DNA of 64,000 bases from Mobula hypostoma. Taxonomy: Eukaryota. The stretch covers positions 174,470,001 to 174,534,000 of the forward strand of contig NC_086097.1 of the NCBI RefSeq assembly GCF_963921235.1, read 5' to 3'. Shown here in pieces: positions 51,702 to 63,522 of this stretch. Numbering within the stretch: the first letter of the stretch is position 1; each line of letters opens with the position of its first letter. The position numbers and the translations under genes were made by a program. The notes beneath the pieces were generated by a model. The model was not told the DNA's origin. It saw nothing but the letters and a program-made list of their open reading frames with translations, and ran no database searches.

Positions 51702-54036
51702 TTCCTTTATCAAAGAAGAACTGTCAATCTCTACCTAATTACAGCCATTTACTTGGTTTTTGCAAACCACTGCAGCATGAAATTTCACAGATTCATCACC
51801 CCACCCCCGTGAAGAAATTCCTCCTCATCCCGATTCTTAAGGGACATCACTTTATTCTGAAGCTGTGCCCTCAGTTCCTAGACTCTCCTGCTAATGGAAA
51901 CATTCACTCCATGTGTACTCTATTCAGTATCTGTTAGGTTTCAGTGAGATTTCCCCAACAGCAACCCCCCCCCCCAATTCTTTTGAACTCCTTTGAGTAC
52001 AGACACTAAGGTATCAAGTGATCCTCAAATATCTTTCCTTTGTTATGGGGTCCAAAAGTGCTCATAATATTCCAAATGCTGTCTGAATAATGCTTTACAA
52101 AGCCTCAACAGTACATCTTTATTTTTATATTCTAGTCCTGTTGAAATGAATGTTAGTATTACATTTGCCTTTCTTACGACTGAATCAAGCCAATCCTGAG
52201 TTAGCACTCTGTACTCCCTTTGCACCCCTGGTTTCTGATTTTCCTTCCCATTTAGAAAATGTTCACACCTTCATTCTACCTATCAAATTACATAACACCA
52301 TGCTGTATTCAACATGAACATGGACCATGTTGACACCACTGCGAAGACAGCTGCCCAGGAGGCTGAAGAAATTTGCCAGATCCCCTCTGAGCCTCAGTAA
52401 TTTTTATTGATGCACCATAGAAAGCATCCTATCTGGATGCACCACAGCTTGGTATGACAACTGCTCTGTACTACTGCTCTTGACTACAAGAAGCTGCAGA
52501 AAGTTGTGGACACAGCTCAACACATCAGAAATCTCTTAAGATTCCTCTGCATGGACTCTCTGTACTTTTTGCAGTTTCAGTTGTTACATGTCAACGTTTT
52601 TTTTTACCCTGTAAGCGTCATTTTAGGCGCCTGGACGAGGAGGGTGGATGACATCATTAACAAAATGCGGAGAGGTTGCTGGAACATTCAGCAGTTAAGG
52701 GACAGCGGACTGTGAGCTACCAGCGGGAGAGCGAGCTGGCTGGAGTTGGTTAAAGAGTTCGCTATAACAGTGGGCGAGTCTAATACTTCTCCAGGTCCAG
52801 AAGATTGTGATAATTAGCAGCACACAGTGCATATTGGATACGTGACTGTCACTTTGTAGGATCCATACTTGGATTTCTGGAGTATCCTGTGGCGACCACT
52901 TTTTGTTAATTTGTACATGGATTCAAGTGTGTTACCTTGTGTTAAGATTCAAAGATTTCAAAGATTCAAAGAACGTTATTGTCATTCTAACCATACATCA
53001 GCTCTGCAGGGCAGAATGAGACAGCGTTTCTCAGGGGCAGTGTAATCATAACATATGTGACGAGAATACACATAAATTAAGATGTTTGCTGGCCTGGGCT
53101 AGCACCAGTGGCATCAGCAGTTGGTCTGCCACCTGTCCTCAGGGGAGGGAGAGATAAGGAAGACAATGGAGCAGCATTTGGAGATGTGTAATGAAGGGAC
53201 GGGAGAGAGAGCTGTCTAGAGCGGCTCCCCCTTTGAACCCTGAACTGTTTGAAGTGATGGACAGGCGATACCCCAGCAGGGGGATAAAAAGGGACAGGTT
53301 CGCTAAGGCAGGACACACACGACACCCCGAGGTAACGAGACCCTGAAAGCGGTGCGCCTCTCACAAGTCGGTGGGAAGCTCTTGGACGGCTGATCACGAG
53401 ATCAGCCTTAGACGCACAGGGTGGAAAGGTACGATCAGCGGGAACCCGGTGTGTGTCCGCCCTTGCTTGGGTGCCAGGTTCACTGCAGAGGATCGACCGC
53501 ATCTGGAGGAGGGGTCACAGTCGGTGACCTCAGGTGACATCACAAAGGACTCGCCCGAAAGCTGCTTGTGAGCAATATTGCAGGTCTGTGAGTGGAAGCC
53601 ATTTTGAATGATCATTCGTTCTTGTTCTCTCTCTCCTTCCCCCCACATTGTCCATCGCCATGGCAACGATTACTGCGAACTGAACTAAATTGAACTGGAC
53701 TTTGTGTCACTTTGAAATTGGTCATTTACCCCTAGACAACGATAGAGCTTGGTTGATCCTGTTATCTTAATTCTGTGCACATGTGTGTTTATCATTGCTG
53801 AACTGTTGCATGTATTATCCTTTCGATTACTGTGTTGCTTGTTTCTTTAATAAAACTTTCTTAGTTCTAATAATCCAAACTCCAACTGAGTGATCCATTT
53901 CTGCTGGTTTGGCAACCCAGTTACGGGGTACGTAACATAAGTGGGGTTCTCGTCCGCGATTTTGAACGCTAAATTTGGGACGGAGTAAATTGATTGGGTT
54001 AAAATTCCCGAAAGAAAGAAAAGATAAACAGCAGAA

Positions 54037-55400
54037 ATGGAGGCTGAGGAATTTATAAAGGCGCCGACCTTGGAGGCATTAGAGTATGCCAGGAAATCGG
54101 AATTGGTAGCTGTGGCCAAACGGTTGAATCTTGCTAAGGGGAAGTCGACAATGAGGAAAGAGGAGATACACAGAGCTATCGTAGAGCACTATGTATCTAA
54201 AGGTGTGTTTCCCCAAGGCGAGCTGGGGGTGGTGTCTATTGAAAAACCTGCTAGAGACGCGGTACAGGTGCAGCTTGAAAAACTGAGACTCGAGCACGAG
54301 TTCCGGGTACGGCAGCTGGAGCGAGAAGAGAAAGAGAGGGACAGACAGTTGCAGCGAGAAGGGAAGGAGAGAGAGTTAGAAAGGCAGGAGAGAGAGTTAG
54401 AGAGGCAAGAGAGAGAGAGGGAGAGACAGTTGGAGAAAGAAGAGAAAGAGAGGCAATGGGAGCGAGAAGAGAGAGAGAAACAGAGGGAAAGGGAATTTGA
54501 GCTGGAGAAGTTAAAGATAAGGGCCGAGCAGGGGCTCGTGCCGAACCAAGGTGGAGGGTTCTGGGCGACCCAGGAGGTTAGGCTGGTTGCCCCATTTGAC
54601 GATACCGACGTGGATCGGTACTTTCTCCATTTCGAGAAAGTGGCTATAAGTCAGGACTGGCCGAGGGATAAGTGGGTGGTTTTGCTTCAGAGTGTACTGA
54701 AAGGGAAAACCCAAGAAGCTTACTCAGCTTTGTCCGCGGAAGATGCCCAGAGGTATGAGGTGGTGAAAGAGGTCATCCTCAGGATTTATGAGTTGGTCCC
54801 GGAGGCATACCGGCAGAGGTTCCGGAATGCGAGGAAGCAGTGGGACCGCACGTATTTGGAGTTTGCCCGTGAGATGCAGACATATTGTGAGCGTTGGTGT
54901 GCTTCAAAGGGGGTAGAGGGGGATTATGACAGACTGCTACAGCTGATCCTGATTGAACAGTTTAAAGGTTGTGTCCCTGAGGGTATGAGACCCTACCTAG
55001 ATGAGAAAGAGGCAGCCACGTTTACCTAGATGAGAAAGAGGCAGCCACGTTAGCTGCAACTGCTAAGTTAGCCGATGAGTATGCGTTGATGCATAAAATG
55101 AAGTTTGCCCCGAGTAAAGGCTACCAGAAGGGTAGTCAGGAGGGCGGGGAGAGTCTGCCAGAAAAGTAAGAAAGTAAGCCGGGGACTAGTGAGAAGGATA
55201 AGGTAGACTGGGAGCAGTCTGGTAGGAAGTCTCCTGGGATCGTCTGCTATAATTGCGGGAAAGTCGGACACATTGCGTCCAGGTGCTTTGCCCCAAAGAA
55301 GGAGACGGGAAAAGGGAAAACAGCGATTTTGACTGGCTGTATCGAGCTGGTACACGAACCGCTAGGGAAGGACAGGTCTGCCCAAAGTTCAGGAAGGGCA
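54037..55400 (+). pseudogene. gag (capsid/SCAN-like domain + CCHC knuckle), disrupted
   Basis: YFLHFEK...WP...LKGK...YELVPEAYRQRFR...LILIEQF; 29-bp tandem duplication at 54994-55051; TAA at ~55167; CYNCGKVGHIASRC at ~55245-55286. Confidence 0.9.
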
Positions 55401-55422
55401 CGAGAAGTTTATCTCAGCCAGA

Positions 55423-57027
55423 TTGGTGTCAGTGAAGGAGGGGTTAAAACCAGTTCCAGTGTGGATCTGGAGAGACACGGGAGCGTGTCAGTCACTAATA
55501 CTGAAGAGTGTATTAGAGTTTAGCTCAGAGACCCAGACTGGGGAGGTCAAGGTCAAAGGTGTTGGGGAAGGGACAGAGTCAGTCCCTTTGCACCAGATAC
55601 ACTTACAAAGCAACCTGGTCTCTGGACTAGTCACGATCGGGGTGAGGTGCGAATTACCGATGAAAGGCGTGGAAGTCTTGCTCGGTAATGACATCGCCGG
55701 GGGAACCGTGTTCCCAGTCGTGAGATTGACAGGTCAGCTTGCCAGCATTGAGGCCCCGCCCATGGACTCACAGGTTCATCACGGGACCGCGGTAGTGAAT
55801 TTAGCTGAGACGTTTCTGCCAGTCTTGTATGAGACGGGGGTAGAAAGTGAAAAGAAGGAGTGTAGTGAGACAAGAGGTAGTGAGGGAGCTGGGACAGACG
55901 TAGCATTAGCCAGGAAAGAATTTGTGCAGATGCAGGAGCGAGACGAGGGGCTGATGGTTTTGGCAGAGATAGCTCTCTCTGACACAGACTTGACAAGGAA
56001 ACTAGTAAGCTATTGTGTGGAGGAGGAAGTGCTAAGGAAGAAAGGGAAACCAAGTACCGTACCCGCAGATGAGGAATGGGGGGTGGTGCAAAGGAGTTAT
56101 GGGGATGAGGTTTTTAACCTGGCCCACAAGCTACCCCCCGGTGGACATTTTGCGGTTCTGGAGGAAACAGTTGATGGAATCGTGAAAGAGATTTACCGGC
56201 TGCCCAGGGGGAAGGATGTTATTGATTATGGCCAACACGAACTGGGACGGTCACAGGCTTTTGATACGCTAACAAACCTAGTCGGGGTTAGCGCGGAAAT
56301 CAATGAAGCTAGGGGCCCCCTGATAAGAGAAAAAAACCATTTTGAAAAGATTAGTATGGTATCGATCAGATGGGAGAAGGCTATTGTTTTGGCCGGGTCT
56401 GCTGATAAGGTCTCTCCCTTAATCCCCGAACAAAGCGACTCTTTAGGAGAAGTAATTAAACGACTTGCATCCGTGTGTTTGATTGTCCCGAGGCGATGCA
56501 AAGAACTGGGACACTGGGTGGTGTCTGTTACAATAGGTCAGCCTAGTAAGCAACACTCATATAGAATGAGTAATTCAGTGACTAAAGGGCTGACGAACAC
56601 AGAGGTGTGTATTGGCAATTTAATACGGCTGTCTGAAGCCAGCTTGATAGTGAACCTTGAAAAAAATGAGTTCGGCCACACGAAGGTCACTTACCTGGGA
56701 ATTGTGGTGACACAGGGGCAGCTGGCAGCGATGCAAGCTACAGTGCAGGCTATCGCTGACCTCTCAACCCCGACAAACAAGAGGGCCCTCAGAAGGCTCT
56801 TGGAGATGGTGGGGTACTGTAGGAAGTTTTGCAATAGCTCTGCAGTCACTACCCCTCCCCCTCCTACTAAGCCCTTGCGAGAGAAAACTAAGTTGGAATG
56901 GGACGACCCTTGTTATTGTGGTCCGGGACAAAACCAAATGAGAGGTTACATTGATCGCAATTCATCAGTGTTTTTGGCCACTATGAAGTTTGCTAAGTTG
57001 GAGCCTGGTCTAAGGGATTATAAATAA
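55423..57027 (+). CDS. Protease plus deleted integrase/RT remnant ORF (534 aa)
   Basis: RDTGACQSL and VLLGND (aspartic protease); LAH..PGGHF (integrase His pair); KQHSYRM; LIVNLEK...VTYLG...VGYCRKF (RT thumb). No YxDD or DDE visible. Confidence 0.75.
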   Translation: MVSVKEGLKPVPVWIWRDTGACQSLILKSVLEFSSETQTGEVKVKGVGEGTESVPLHQIHLQSNLVSGLVTIGVRCELPMKGVEVLLGNDIAGGTVFPVVRLTGQLASIEAPPMDSQVHHGTAVVNLAETFLPVLYETGVESEKKECSETRGSEGAGTDVALARKEFVQMQERDEGLMVLAEIALSDTDLTRKLVSYCVEEEVLRKKGKPSTVPADEEWGVVQRSYGDEVFNLAHKLPPGGHFAVLEETVDGIVKEIYRLPRGKDVIDYGQHELGRSQAFDTLTNLVGVSAEINEARGPLIREKNHFEKISMVSIRWEKAIVLAGSADKVSPLIPEQSDSLGEVIKRLASVCLIVPRRCKELGHWVVSVTIGQPSKQHSYRMSNSVTKGLTNTEVCIGNLIRLSEASLIVNLEKNEFGHTKVTYLGIVVTQGQLAAMQATVQAIADLSTPTNKRALRRLLEMVGYCRKFCNSSAVTTPPPPTKPLREKTKLEWDDPCYCGPGQNQMRGYIDRNSSVFLATMKFAKLEPGLRDYK

Positions 57028-60000
57028 CACATATAAAAGGGGCGGAAAATGTGATTGCTCACTGTCTGTCAAGGTGCTGACAATTTCAAATTCTCTGTAT
57101 TAGCCAAATAGCTGATAAAGATGTATATTTGTGTGTATCAAATAATGTACTCGTGTTTGTAATTTTTACCCTGGTAAAAATCCTTAAAGGGGGGAAGAGT
57201 GACGAGAATACACATAAATTAAGATGTAGCTGTCCTGTGCTGGCACCAGTGGCATCAGCAGTTGGTCTGCCACCTGTCTTCGGGAGAGAGAGAGAGATAA
57301 GGAAGACAATGGGGCAGCATTTGGAGATGTGTAATGAAGGGACGGGAGAGAGAGCTGTCTAGAGCGGCTCCCCCTTTGAACCCTGAACTGTTTGAAGTGA
57401 TGGACAGGCGATACCCCAGCAGGGGGATAAAAAGGGACAGGTTCGCTAAGGCAGAACATACACATGACACCCGAGGTAACGAGACCCTGGAAGCGGTGCG
57501 CCTCTCACAAGTCGATGGGGAGCTCTTGGACGGCTGATCGTGGGATCAGCCTTAGACGCACAGAGTGGAAAGGTACGATCAGCGGGAACCCGGTGTGTGT
57601 CCGCCCTTGCTTGGGTGCCAGGTTCACTGCAGAGGATCGACCGCATCTGGAGGAGGGGTCACAGTCGGTGACCTCAGGTGACATCACAAAGGACTCGCCC
57701 GAAAGCTGCTTGTGAGCAATATTGCAGGTCTGTGTGTGGAAGCCATTTTGAATGATCATTCATTCTTGTTCTCTCTCTCCTTCCCCCGACATTGTCCATC
57801 GCCATGGCAACGATTACTGCGAACTGAACTAAATTGAACTGGACTTTGTGTCACTTTGAAATTGGTCATTTACCCCTAGACAACGATAGAGCTTGGTTGA
57901 TCCTGTTATCTTGATTCTGTGCACATGTGTGTTTATCATTGCTGAACTGTTGCATGTATTATCCTTTCGATTACTGTGTTGCTTGTTTCTTTAATAAAAC
58001 TTTCTTAGTTCTAGTAATCCAGACTCCAACTGAGTGATCCATTTCTGCTGGTTTGGCAACCCAGTTACGGGGTACGTAACACATAACAAACACAATACTA
58101 AATAATAAACATAACAATAAATTGTAAAACACAACAGCCACATGTCAGTTAAAATCAGTTATAAGTGTCCAGTGCAAGATAAAAGTGTCCAAAGCAGAGT
58201 CAGGTAGAGCAGCTATTTAGCAGTCTGACCGCCTGTGGGAGGAAGCTGTTTAGTAGCCTTGTGGTTTTAGTTTTGATGCTCCTGTAACGTTTGCCTGATG
58301 GCAGAAGAACAAACAGTTCATGGAGAGGGTGTGAGGGGTCTTTAATGATGTACCGTGTCTTCTGGAGGCATCGACTCTGAAAGAGGTCTTGGACAGAAGG
58401 TAGGGAGACCTCAATAACCTTCTCTGCTCCCCTAACCACCCTCTGCAAGGCTTTTTTGTCGACAGCACTGCAGCTGGAGTACCAGGTTGTGATGCAAAAG
58501 GTCAGCACACTCTCAACCACGCCTCTGTAGAATGTAGTTAAGATGTTAGTGGGGAGCGATGCTTGTTTAAGCTTCCTCAGAAAGTGCAATCTCTGCTGGG
58601 CCTGTTTCACAATCCCAGTGGTGTTCCTGGACCAGGTGAGATTGTCCGAGAACTGCACCCCAAGGAACTTGATGTTTTCCACTCTCTCCACTGTGGAGCC
58701 GCTGATGCTGAGGGGTGTGTGCTCAGGCTGAGACCGTCTAAAATCGACGATCATCTCCTTGGTTTTGGGGACATTAAGCATCAAGTTGTTATCCCTGCAC
58801 CAGCTCTCTAGGTGTTTGAACTCCTCCCTGTACATAGTTTCATCATTTTTGCTGATGAGCCCCACCACTGTGGTATCATCTGCAAATTTAATAATCAGTT
58901 TCTCCTTGAGGAATATTCCGTGACTGTCACTTTGTGATACACCTACGGGGATTTTGGAACTTAGGCGTCACTTTGTTACCCCTGCATGGACTCTAGTATT
59001 TCAGTGACGACTTCTCGACTTCTGGAATCTTCTGTGACTGTCTCCTTGTGTCATCTTAACATAGATTTATGAGCTGTCCTTCACAGACGCCTGTACCTGT
59101 TTCCGTGGCTTTCTGGATTGCTATCCTAGGACTCTGTTTGAGTAAGACTTGGGAAGAACTGTTCCTAGACCTCCGCAGTTTGCTAATGCATAGCACTGTT
59201 AATTTCTCTTTAGGAGAGTAATTTGTTTAATTGTCTGTATTTGGGTAGATACTGAAAATATAGCTGTTTAACATTAAAAACGGAGTCTGTGGTCTATTGC
59301 TGCTGGCACATAACACAGTCAAACAGCCAGTATAATCAAAGATCACTCCATCCCAGACTTTCTCTCTTCTTCCCCCCCCCTCCCCCATTGGGCAGAAGAT
59401 ACAAAATCCTGTGATATTGTGTCCAGGCTCAAGAATGACTTCTATCCTGCGATCATAAGACTTCTGAATATTTCCCGAGTGCAATAAGATGGACTTGACC
59501 TCACAATCTACTCATTTTGACCTTGCACCTTATTGTCTACCTGCAATGCAATTTTCAGTACCTGTAAAACTTTATTGTTACCGTTTTCTCTTGTTCTGCC
59601 TCAGTGTACCATGTAATGATTTGATCTGTATAAATATTATTCAAGACAAACTTTTCAATGTATCTGGGCACATGTGACAATAATAAATCAATTCAATTCC
59701 AATATTCCATCTGCCACTTTTTTCCCCACTCTCCTAACCTGTGCTGTTCCTTCAGCAGAGTTGCTTCCCCCAAGACACTACCTGCCCTATCTTTGTGTCA
59801 TCTGTAAACTTCGCTACCCTTAATTAACACATCAGTGAATAGTTGTGGTTCCATTGACCTCTGCAGGACTCCACTGTCATTGACAGCCATTCTGAAAAGG
59901 ACCCTCTTCTCACCACACTGCTTTTAGTTAGCCAGTCTTTTATCCATGCTAATATCTTGACTCCATCGGCTCTTAAATTTTTAGCAGCCTCATATGCAGC

Positions 60001-60734
60001 ACCTTGTCAAAGACTTCTAAGTGTAACATATATTGATTCTTCCTTGTCTAATCTACTTGGTACCTCCTCAAGCAAAATCTCCCCTTAATGAAAGCATGCT
60101 GACTTTGTCCTATTTTGGCATGAGTGAAAGTAGATCGTACATGAAAGAGAAAAAAGAGAATTCCTGAAGTACCTGAACAAGCAAATTCAACATGGAATAT
60201 TGGACCAGGAGTATCCCACATGGACCGTTTTAGCGTTTTCTTCTATTTAGGAAGTATTGCTATTGTGTGGAGTCAGATGAACCCACACCTAGAAAATTGG
60301 ATACAACTTTTATTTATATTTTAGAAAGGATATGTTTGCCAGAGAGGCTGTGCATTGGAGGTTAATTATACTGCTACTTTAGTTAGCAATTGGGCTCCAT
60401 TTGAATGAGGTGGCTAACGGAATTAGAACCAAAAAGGGTCATTATAGGCTCATACATAGTGTTCCTATCATCCCACCACTGTGCCATAAAGGTGAATGGT
60501 AGGATTCCTGGCAAAAGCCCTACGTTCTTGTTGCTGTGCGCTGCCATGCAGGAAATCTCATTAATCTAGTCGTGTATTGCCCCTAGAGCTTGAGCAAGTT
60601 CCCCCTAAGTTTCTTTACAGCTGCGAGGACCAATCATTGCTTTGAGCAGGAAATTTTTACATGATGTGAGAACTGCATGGCGTTTTGAATATTTTTTATT
60701 ATTTGGTAAATTTATGGATTACATTAATTAACAC

Positions 60735-62100
60735 ATATACAGCACATTACAGACCCTTAGGCCCACAGTGTTGTGCCGACCATGTAACCTACTCGAGAAA
60801 CTGCTTAGAATTCCCTACTGTTTAGCCCTCTATTTTCCTAAGCTCCATGTACTGATCTAAGAGTCTCTTAAGAGACCCTTTTGTATCCACCTCTACTACC
60901 ATAGCCAGCAGTGCATTCCACGCACCCACCACTCTCTGTGTGAAAATCTTACCTCTGACATCCCCCTTCTACCTACTTCCAAGCACCTTAAAACTATGCC
61001 CCATCATGTTAGCCACTTCAGCCCTGAAAAAAAGCCTTTGGCTATCCACACAATCAATGCCTCTCATCATTTTATACACCTCTACCAGGTCACCTCTCAA
61101 CCTCCGTCATTCCCAGGAGAAAATGCCAAGTTCATTCAACCTATTCTTATCAGGGCGCTCTCCAAACCAGGCAACATCTTTGTAAATCTCCTCTGCACTC
61201 TCTCTATCGTATCCACATCTTTCCTGTGGTGAGGTGATAAGAACTGAACACAGTACTCCAAGTGGGGTGTAACTAAGGTCTTGTATAGCTGTAACATTGC
61301 CTCACTGCTCTTGGACTCAATCCCACAGTTGATGAAGGCAAACACATCATACGCCTTCTTAACAACACTGTCAAACTGAGCAGCAGCTTTGAGTGACCTA
61401 TGGACCCCAAGATCTCGCTGATCCTCCACACATTCAAGAGTCTTACCATTAATATTACATTCTATCTTCAAATTTAACCTACTGAAATGAACCACTTCAC
61501 ACTTATCTGGGTTGAACTCAGTCTGCTACTTTTCAGCCCAGCTCTGCATCCTATCGATGTCCAGCTGTAACCACTGATAACCCTCCATACCATCCACAAC
61601 ACCCCCAACTTTTGTGTCATCAGCAAACTTACTAACCTACCCTTCTACTTCCTCATCCAGGTCATTTATAAAAGTCACAAAGAGGAGAGGGCCCAGAATA
61701 GATCCCCGCGGAGCACGACTGGTCACCGTCCTCCATGCAGAATACGAACCATCTACAAACCACCCTTGCCTTCTGTAGTCAAGCCATTTTTGGATTCACA
61801 AAGCATGCTCTCCTTGGATCCCATGCCTCATTACTTTCTGAATGAGCCTCACATGGGGAACCTTATCAAATGCCTTACTGAAATCCATATACACTACACT
61901 CACTGCTGTACCTTCATCAGTGTGTTTTGTTACATCCTCAAAGAATTCAATCAGGTTCATAAGGCATGACCTGCCATTGACAAAGCCATGCTGACCATCC
62001 CTAATCAGATTATGTCTCTACAAATGCTCATAAATCCTGCCTCTCAGGATCTTCTCCAATAACTTGCCCATCACTGAAGACTCACGTTTTTCCACCACTG
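60735..62100 (-). mobile_element. CR1 LINE 3' half, degenerate
   Basis: YKTLVTPHLEYCVQF, ERVQRRFTKMLPG; KFADD near 61620. Confidence 0.88.
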
Positions 62101-62882
62101 AAGTATGACATATGGTGGTGTAATGACATATGCCAATTCTGTACTTTTACATATAACCCATAATGAATTATGTAAACAACAATGTTTAAACAATACATTT
62201 ACAATATTGCTCAAATTTTGTGGAAATATTGAATACATAGCACTCCTACTTGCCTAGCAGCGTGCGCGCGTACACACACACACACACACACAACTATATA
62301 GGCAACCACAACATGGTAAATTTTAAATGGTCCCACTCAGGCCGAAGGATTTAAGATTTAATTGCTGCCTAGGAAGTGGTTTTGACTGCTCTAGATGCCT
62401 TTCTTCGCTGACAATTGACTGTGCTCTTCTCAACTGATAGGTTTGTCATCTCCAGATGACATCAAATGCAATCTCCACTGTGTAGGAAAAAGGTCTATTT
62501 CTGTCCTTAATCTTAATCTTTCCAAGTACCCACTTTTGGTCACCTCTGTCGTCCCTTGCCAGGACTTCTTGTCCGGGAATGAAACATCAAATCTCCTTAT
62601 TTGGGGAGCCTTCAGTTTGTCACAGCTGTTTGTCTCCTTCTGAGTTTGCTTTTGAGAAGATCCAAGTGAGAGTGTAATGGATGACCCATGAACAGCATAG
62701 GTGGTGAGTTGTTGATTGTGGAATGTGCTGCATTGCAATATGCAGGAAGGAAATTGCTGATCTTCTGATTCAGTGTTACTGTGGTGTGTTCTGCTGACAT
62801 TGCTTGTAATGCATTCTTTGGACTTTGCACAAATGTTTCTGCCAAACCATTTGTAGCTAGGTGGTATGGTGCAGATGTAATA
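62101..62882 (-). mobile_element. Gypsy remnant (integrase end, PPT, partial 3' LTR), same family as the 4239 element
   Basis: ITSAPYHLATNGLAETFVQ. The LTR text TTCATTATGGGTTATATGTAAAAGTAC matches 4304-4330 in the opposite orientation. Confidence 0.8.
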
Positions 62883-63522
62883 TAGTGCCTATCAAAAGTA
62901 GTCACCCCCCCCGCCCCCCCCCGGCAGTGTTCATGTTTTATTGCTTTACAACGTTGAATCACAATGGATTTAATTTGGCCTTTTTGACACCAATCAACAG
63001 AAAACAACATAATACACAAAATAATTGACTCCATAAGTATTCATCCCTTTTAATGTGACACACCAAATCATCATTTGTGCAGCCAATTGGTTTTAGAAGT
63101 CACATAGTTAGTTAAATAGAAATATGTTTTTGGAGACCTGTGTACAGTTGAGGTGTTTCAAATGATTGCAGTAAAAATACACCTCTATCCACACAGACTC
63201 AAGGCTGTAATTGCTGCCAAATACTGATTTGAAGGGGTGAGTAATTATGCACACCTCTATCCACACAGACTCAAGGCTGTAATTGCTGCCAAATACTGAT
63301 TTGAAGGGGTGAGTAATTATGCACACCTCTATCCACACAGACTCAAGGCTGTAATTGCTGCCAAATACTGATTTGAAGGGGTGAGTAATTATGCAATCAG
63401 TTATTTTTCATTTAATAATTGTGATAAATTTAGACCAATTTGTAGAAATCTGTTTTCACTTTGACAAATCAATAAAATATGAAAATATCCGGGGTGGGGG
63501 TGAATTTTTTTTATAGGCACTG
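62883..63522 (+). mobile_element. Non-autonomous Tc1 (IR/DR type) transposon
   Basis: TA|TAGTGCCTATCAAAAGTAGTCACCCCC ... GGGGGTGAATTTTTTTTATAGGCACTG|TA; inner DR CATAAGTATTCATCCCTT at 63032; transposase C-terminus YPHRLKAVIAAK. Confidence 0.88.
63178..63395 (+). repeat. Three identical tandem 72-bp units
   Basis: ACCTCTATCCACACAG... starts at 63181, 63253 and 63325. Confidence 0.95.

Larger units (their letters stand above)
53056..58081 (+). mobile_element. Complete Gmr1-like Gypsy LTR retrotransposon, non-autonomous
   Basis: LTRs at 53056-53937 and 57198-58081 (TGTGAC...GTAACA); CATA TSD; tRNA-Pro-like PBS TGGGGTTCTCGTCCGCGAT (53942-53960); PPT AAAGGGGGGAAG (57186-57197). Confidence 0.95.
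52942..58910 (-). mobile_element. 5'-truncated Rex/L2-like LINE (58082-58910 and 52942-53055) split by the Gypsy element
   Basis: KFADD at ~58875-58890; ORF 58200-58868 (KTKEMIVDF, AQQRLHFLRKL, LLPSGKRYR); the 3' UTR continues left of the LTR element to an (AAAGATTC)n tail. Confidence 0.88.
52582..59315. mobile_element. Solo LTR (52582-~52941 and ~58911-59315) with a 4-bp TSD, split by a LINE
   Basis: CAGT|TGTTACATGTCA ... TGGCACATAACA|CAGT, imperfect inverted termini. The internal repeat CGTGACTGTCACTTTGT occurs on both sides of the gap. Confidence 0.8.
52310..59700 (+). mobile_element. Rex/L2-like LINE 3' part (52310-52581 and 59316-59700) split by a solo LTR
   Basis: IESILSGCTTAWYDNC...KKLQKVVDTAQHI | ASIIKD...GRRYK; AATAAA and AATTC tail. 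Confidence 0.8.
50893..60120 (-). mobile_element. Old CR1, outermost layer of the right-hand nest (50893-51005, 51702-52310, 59701-60120)
   Basis: ATAAGACCATAAGA tail at 50893. CR1 text continues ...CATGCTGTATTC | ATATTCCATCTGCCAC..., as in 6697-6720. Confidence 0.8.

Noticed and set aside
54310..54505. RE-rich stretch in Gag resembling the RBM25 RE-rich region
   Set aside because: Low-complexity GA-rich coiled coil common in these Gags; no specific homology.
4239..62882. The two same-family Gypsy halves as one element split by an inversion
   Set aside because: They are ~51 kb apart with no shared TSD or matching breakpoints; independent copies are simpler.
63178..63395. Regular repeats resembling a CRISPR array
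   Set aside because: Units are fully identical with no unique spacers, lie inside a Tc1 element, and the DNA is vertebrate.
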